Source of the DNA: Thermoplasmatales archaeon
GTDB lineage: Archaea > Thermoplasmatota > Thermoplasmata > Thermoplasmatales > Thermoplasmataceae
Length of the DNA: 64,000 bases
Direction of reading: 5' to 3'
Assembly (NCBI GenBank): GCA_027310185.1
Contig: DAIDBH010000006.1
Coordinates: 96,001-160,000 of the forward strand
A model generated the notes under the pieces. It saw nothing but the letters and a program-made list of their open reading frames with translations. It was not told where the DNA came from and ran no database searches. Both the position numbers and the translations under genes were made by a program. Shown piece by piece: positions 59,321 to 64,000 of this stretch; position 1 is the stretch's first letter, and each line of letters starts with the position of its first letter.

Positions 59321-60703
59321 ATGATTGAACTGATGGACAGAATTCTGGATAAACTGGAAAAAGGGGCGATGTACGGTGAAGTAAGATATATGTCGGGAGA
59401 GAGTACAGAGGCTTCCATGAGAAATTCAGAATTCCAGGGAGAAGGAACTTCATCAGGGGAAGGAATTGCAATAAGGGCAATGAACGAATCCATTGCCATG
59501 GGATTTATTTCATCCTTCGATTTTGACCGGATACAGGAAATTATAGACAGAGTTTTAAGGAATAGCCACAGAGGAGGCAGAAACAAGCTTGACATGTCTG
59601 GAGGAATCAGGGACAAATGGGAAGCTCTTGGAAAACACAAGGTAGAAGACATCCAGAGTTCGGACAGGATGGAAATCATGAAAAACGCTGATGAAATGAT
59701 GAAGGGCTATGATCTCTCAGTGAGAATGAATGCAATCTACCACAGGAAGATCAGGCAAATATACCAGAATACCTCAGGGAGCATAATAGAATCCAGCCTT
59801 TCGAGGATCGGTTATTTCATGGTTGGTGGTTATAAGGATGGCAACTCCTTTGAAGAAATTTACAGGCAGTTCGGTACCACTGGAGGCATGGAAAACTTCA
59901 GGGAACTTGATGTACAGAAGAAAATTGAGGATGCAGTAAAAAACCTGAAGGAGATTTCAAAGTCTCCATCGGCAAAACCAGGAAGGTATGATGTGGTAAT
60001 CAGTCCGGAAATAGCAGGGATAGTTGCACATGAATCATGTGGACATCCAACTGAATGGGACAGGATATCTGGAAGAGAGGGGTCACTTGCTGGAGAATCT
60101 TTCCTTACTGGAAAGAAATATCCATTTAAAATAGGTTCTCCAGTTGTAAACGTGATCGATGATCCCACAGTAAAGGGAAGCTACGGTTACTATAAATATG
60201 ATGATGAGGGAATCAGGGCCAGGAAGAGATACCTGTACAGGGATGGGATGACAAATGAGTTTATACATAGCAGGGAAAGTGCGGCAAACTATGGTGTTGA
60301 ACCCAATGGAGGCGGTAGAGTTTCTGACTGGGACATGGAACCCCTGGCCAGAATGAGTACCACATATATAGAACCGGGTCAACATACCTTTGATGAGCTG
60401 GTTGAGGATATCAAGCACGGAATTTACATAAAAAGTTACACAGAGTGGAATATTGATGATATAAGGTTCAATGAGAAGTATGTAGGGAGCGAGGCATTCA
60501 TAATTGAAAATGGAAGGCTGAAAGGTAGGGTAAGGAAACCCGCTATAGAAACAAATACAGTTAATTTCTACTCCTCCATAGATGCTGTCTCGAAGGAACT
60601 TGAATTTGAAGCTGGAACATGCGGGAAAGGGGATCCGGAACAGGGTGTCGATACATGGATGGGGGGACCCAGTGTTAGATTGAGGAATATATACATATCC
60701 TGA
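59321..60703 (+). CDS. tldD: TldD metalloprotease subunit
   Basis: HESCGH..E.D, DDP...G.YG.Y.YDDEG, RM.TTY, C-terminal CGK...Q....GGP. Confidence 0.93.
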   Translation: MIELMDRILDKLEKGAMYGEVRYMSGESTEASMRNSEFQGEGTSSGEGIAIRAMNESIAMGFISSFDFDRIQEIIDRVLRNSHRGGRNKLDMSGGIRDKWEALGKHKVEDIQSSDRMEIMKNADEMMKGYDLSVRMNAIYHRKIRQIYQNTSGSIIESSLSRIGYFMVGGYKDGNSFEEIYRQFGTTGGMENFRELDVQKKIEDAVKNLKEISKSPSAKPGRYDVVISPEIAGIVAHESCGHPTEWDRISGREGSLAGESFLTGKKYPFKIGSPVVNVIDDPTVKGSYGYYKYDDEGIRARKRYLYRDGMTNEFIHSRESAANYGVEPNGGGRVSDWDMEPLARMSTTYIEPGQHTFDELVEDIKHGIYIKSYTEWNIDDIRFNEKYVGSEAFIIENGRLKGRVRKPAIETNTVNFYSSIDAVSKELEFEAGTCGKGDPEQGVDTWMGGPSVRLRNIYIS

Positions 60704-60712
60704 GGTAAAATT

Positions 60713-62017
60713 ATGGCTGACTTAGATTTAATTAGAAGAGATGTAAAGAAACTGGACCTTGATTCCTACGCAATCAGGGTGATCAGGACAAACATAGAAC
60801 AGATCAGGTTTTCTAACAATCTCGTGGATCTTAGAAATTACTGGACACGGGAAGGTATTTCCATATTCCTCAATTCAGGAAAGAAGATAACTGAGATAAG
60901 CCTGGATAATGATTCAAATATAGAAGAAAAAATAGAAAAGTCCTACAGAGCTATGTTAAATGGCGAAGAATCCAGCACATTTAACGGTATAAACCCTGAA
61001 AAATACGGTTCAATAGAGAGGATAGAAGATCAGGAAAAAACTGTAGAGCTAGATGATATAGTTAATGCATGTATAGAGGGTGCAAGGGATGGAGGTTCTG
61101 AAAGAAGCACAGGTCTTGCATACAGGACATATACCGATGATCATATCATAACACCCTTCAATGAGCATCACGTCACTTACGATGATTTCAACTTTGATAT
61201 AAGGGCATTCAGGGGTCTTAGCACTGGACAGGAAGGCGTTCATTTCTCATCTACTGTAAAAGATCCCGTTGAAATCGCAAGAAATGCAGGACTGGAGGCG
61301 GGAAAAACAGCATCTCTCACGGTTCCGTCAAGGGAATTTGAGGCTGGAAACTTTGAAACACTTCTCTCTCCCTACGTTATAGGTAATATTTTTACATACT
61401 GTTCCTCACTATTTTCAGCTTATTCGGTACAGATGGGCATGAGCTACCTGGATGAGAGTCTGGGAAAGAAGGTTGCTTCTGAATCTCTGACACTTGTTGA
61501 TTCTCCACTAAACAGGGAAGGCTCAAACTTCACTCTGTTTGATGATGAGGGGACACCATGCTTTAATAAAAATCTTATAAATCAGGGTGTCCTTGAAAAT
61601 TTTGTACACTCATATTCAACAGCAGTAACGTCAGGAACAAAAACTACTGGTAATGCAGGAATTATTAGTCCTGAACCTCTTCAGCTTTCAATGGAAAGTG
61701 GTAATAAGTCAGTTGAAGACCTTCTTCAATCAATAGACAGGGGGTTATACATAAAAAACGCATGGTATACCCGTTTCCAGGATAACAGGAACGCAGTATT
61801 CTCAACTGTCCCGAGAGATGGGATTTTCATGGTTGAGAATGGGGAAATAACAGGAAAAATCGGTGGAGTTAGAATCAGCGATTCCTTTGGGAAAATAATC
61901 AAAAATATATCAGGTGTTTCTAGGGAACTTAAAAATGTGAAGTTCTGGGAAGAGGTTTCCCCCTCCATAATGGCATCAGTGATAGTGCAGGACCTTCATG
62001 TGACAAAGGCCTTTTAG
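60713..62017 (+). CDS. pmbA: TldE/PmbA subunit
   Basis: RFSNN, FDDEGTP, TTGNAG, ENGEI; lacks HExxxH; adjacent to tldD. Confidence 0.9.
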   Translation: MADLDLIRRDVKKLDLDSYAIRVIRTNIEQIRFSNNLVDLRNYWTREGISIFLNSGKKITEISLDNDSNIEEKIEKSYRAMLNGEESSTFNGINPEKYGSIERIEDQEKTVELDDIVNACIEGARDGGSERSTGLAYRTYTDDHIITPFNEHHVTYDDFNFDIRAFRGLSTGQEGVHFSSTVKDPVEIARNAGLEAGKTASLTVPSREFEAGNFETLLSPYVIGNIFTYCSSLFSAYSVQMGMSYLDESLGKKVASESLTLVDSPLNREGSNFTLFDDEGTPCFNKNLINQGVLENFVHSYSTAVTSGTKTTGNAGIISPEPLQLSMESGNKSVEDLLQSIDRGLYIKNAWYTRFQDNRNAVFSTVPRDGIFMVENGEITGKIGGVRISDSFGKIIKNISGVSRELKNVKFWEEVSPSIMASVIVQDLHVTKAF

Positions 62018-62023
62018 ATCCCT

Positions 62024-64000
62024 TCACTCACCATTTACTTTTTTATAGATATTCAGGTATTCCAGTCCTTTCCTCACGCCCTTTTCCCATGATGGCTCAT
62101 TTTTTCCAGAAATGTACTCCTTCACAGCTTTTTCATCCTGCAGTCCTAGGTATGGTATCATTGATTCAAGGAATCTTGAAGTGTATCCTGTTCCTTCGAA
62201 GAACCTGTCCAGTGTAGAAACGATTTCTTCCATGTTATCAATGATAAACTGCCTGTTCTGTGACTCTCCGGACGCAGCCATTATGGCCCTGAAAGAATCC
62301 TGCTTCTTAATTTTTCCATCCCTGATCAGACCCCATACAGCTGAAAGATTTTCATCTCCCCTGAGGTGGCCCATTGCACTTATTATCTTGATTTTATCTT
62401 CATCTACCTTGAGTGTGTCAAGCTTTTTCAGGAGACCACTGAGATCATTTCTAGCCATTGCATAGGCATATGCCACAGACTGCCTTTCATCCGGTGATAC
62501 TTTCTCAAAATCACTGAACCTGTTTGCAGTCTTCTTTGCATAGTCCAGATCAATCAGTGATAGAACTGATTGCATCCTTCCCCTGATTACTGTTATATTT
62601 ATCGGTTCGCCACTCCTGAATGCCCCAAGATTGTCCAGCTTACCGTTAAGATATGATATGCCAAATGAGTCTATCTTCCTTGAATTGTGCAGAATATTAT
62701 GAAGACTCAATATTATACCTGATATTTCATCCATAACCATGTATTCCATGTCAGATTGGAACATATTCATAATGCCTATGAGCTCATCAATGGAAATTTT
62801 TCCAGAGAAGTAAAGGGATGAATAATCAGAAATAAGTCCCCATCTTGAAAATTTATCCATGGTGCCTGATGCAGCCTTCTTTATGCCTTCAGTCAGATCA
62901 CTATCATATTTTACCCTGTAAAATCCAGTTCTATTACTGTTTATATACTGGAAATTCTGTAAGGGTATTTCCATTTCCTCCTGCTCCATCAGGAATGATC
63001 TAACTCCATCGGAATATACCACAGTCAAGGGTATTGGCCAGAGTGTGTTGTCAGGGCTGCCATCAAGGAAGAATCTTGTTTGATGAAGCTTTATCTTGTT
63101 GCCGCTCAGGGATGCTTCAATCTGTGGATATCCAGCCTTTGTAATCCAGGCATCCATTATCTTTGAAACAGGTTTCTTTGAAACTTTCTCTATTGATTCC
63201 CAGAGATTCTGTCCTACCGCATTGCCAAAACTGTGCTCCTTAAGGTATGCCCTTACCCCATTTCTGAAATTATCCGGGTCCACAAAAGCTTCGATCATCC
63301 TTAGAATGCTGCCGCCTTTACCATAGCTTATCTCATCGAAGATCTGTGATATTTCATCAGGATTTTTAACATCTACGTGAATTGGGTGGGTATTCCTCAG
63401 GCTGTCTCCCGTCATTGCTCCACCTGTCTCTCCTGTTACCATCTCGCCCATAATTTCCCACTCAGGATGTTTATGTTCAAGTGCCTTATAGCTCATGAAA
63501 GTTGCAAAACTTTCATTGAGCCACAAATCATCCCACCATTTCATCGTGACCAGATCACCGAACCACTGGTGAGCAAGTTCATGTGAGATTACTTCATCAA
63601 CCCTCTTGAGAATGGCTGAACTTGTACTCTCATTTACCATCAACTCTATTTCCCTGAAAGTGATCGCACCCCAGTTCTCCATTGCTCCAAAAGCAAATTC
63701 AGGAACAGCTATGAGGTGTAGCTTGGGCAGCTGGTATTTTATGTCGAAGTAGTCCTCGAAGAATGTCAGTGTGTCAGAAGCCATGCCTATGGGTATCTTG
63801 CTTGCCTGTATCTTTCCCTTTGCAGATGCCAGATAGATCGGTTTTTCCTCGTGTTTTCCTTCCACTATGTCATACCTTGAAGCCCCCATGTAAAGAAGGT
63901 ATGTTGACATTCTTGGTGTTGTCTGGAATGTGATTATCTTTCTGCCTTCGTGATCCTCAATCTTTTCAGGAGGCATGTTTGAAATACCATCATAATCGGA
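62024..64000 (-). CDS. M1 aminopeptidase, tricorn-interacting factor F2/F3-like; 5' part is outside the window
   Basis: [48 protein letters not shown]. The frame stays open to the window end. Confidence 0.95.
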   Translation of the reverse strand, partial: SDYDGISNMPPEKIEDHEGRKIITFQTTPRMSTYLLYMGASRYDIVEGKHEEKPIYLASAKGKIQASKIPIGMASDTLTFFEDYFDIKYQLPKLHLIAVPEFAFGAMENWGAITFREIELMVNESTSSAILKRVDEVISHELAHQWFGDLVTMKWWDDLWLNESFATFMSYKALEHKHPEWEIMGEMVTGETGGAMTGDSLRNTHPIHVDVKNPDEISQIFDEISYGKGGSILRMIEAFVDPDNFRNGVRAYLKEHSFGNAVGQNLWESIEKVSKKPVSKIMDAWITKAGYPQIEASLSGNKIKLHQTRFFLDGSPDNTLWPIPLTVVYSDGVRSFLMEQEEMEIPLQNFQYINSNRTGFYRVKYDSDLTEGIKKAASGTMDKFSRWGLISDYSSLYFSGKISIDELIGIMNMFQSDMEYMVMDEISGIILSLHNILHNSRKIDSFGISYLNGKLDNLGAFRSGEPINITVIRGRMQSVLSLIDLDYAKKTANRFSDFEKVSPDERQSVAYAYAMARNDLSGLLKKLDTLKVDEDKIKIISAMGHLRGDENLSAVWGLIRDGKIKKQDSFRAIMAASGESQNRQFIIDNMEEIVSTLDRFFEGTGYTSRFLESMIPYLGLQDEKAVKEYISGKNEPSWEKGVRKGLEYLNIYKKVNGE

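Noticed and set aside
1-64000. CRISPR array, rRNA, integrase, intact IS, intein or tRNA intron
   Set aside because: No regularly spaced repeats or such genes seen by eye; polB is normal length and both tRNAs are intron-less.

Overview
A 64-kb, gene-dense, AT-rich segment of an archaeal chromosome. Markers (TBP, family-B DNA polymerase, archaeal tRNA-guanine transglycosylase, EndA, ABCE1, tricorn-interacting M1 aminopeptidase, CoaD fused to a YjjX-like domain, a TPP riboswitch) point to Thermoplasmatales; this is an inference, and a Cuniculiplasma-like organism is possible. Most genes are housekeeping: aspS, hisS, rps2, guaB/guaA-B, coaBC/coaD, folP, glyA, ppdK, futalosine genes mqnA/E/C, truD, tgtA, nfo, polB and tldD/pmbA. 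An accessory block lies between the inward-facing 3' ends of tRNA-Val(TAC) and tRNA-Thr(CGT). It carries a PepSY-like + retropepsin-like pair, egtB-egtD, a GH38 alpha-mannosidase and TauE. An SQR + cytochrome bd sulfide-oxidation module follows. No CRISPR array, rRNA, integrase or intact transposase was seen. The strongest leads are: (1) a TPP aptamer whose own GGAGG precedes a 25-codon leader ORF that overlaps the transporter start; (2) a DUF1015 gene whose stop codon lies in the tRNA-Thr anticodon loop; (3) type-II-like ergothioneine genes; (4) a Rab-like GTPase with atypical switch motifs coupled to endA; (5) a CBS-HPF hibernation-factor-like gene in a glyA-tldD-pmbA operon; (6) a likely CTG-initiated gene. 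All calls come from motif recognition by eye; no database searches were run.
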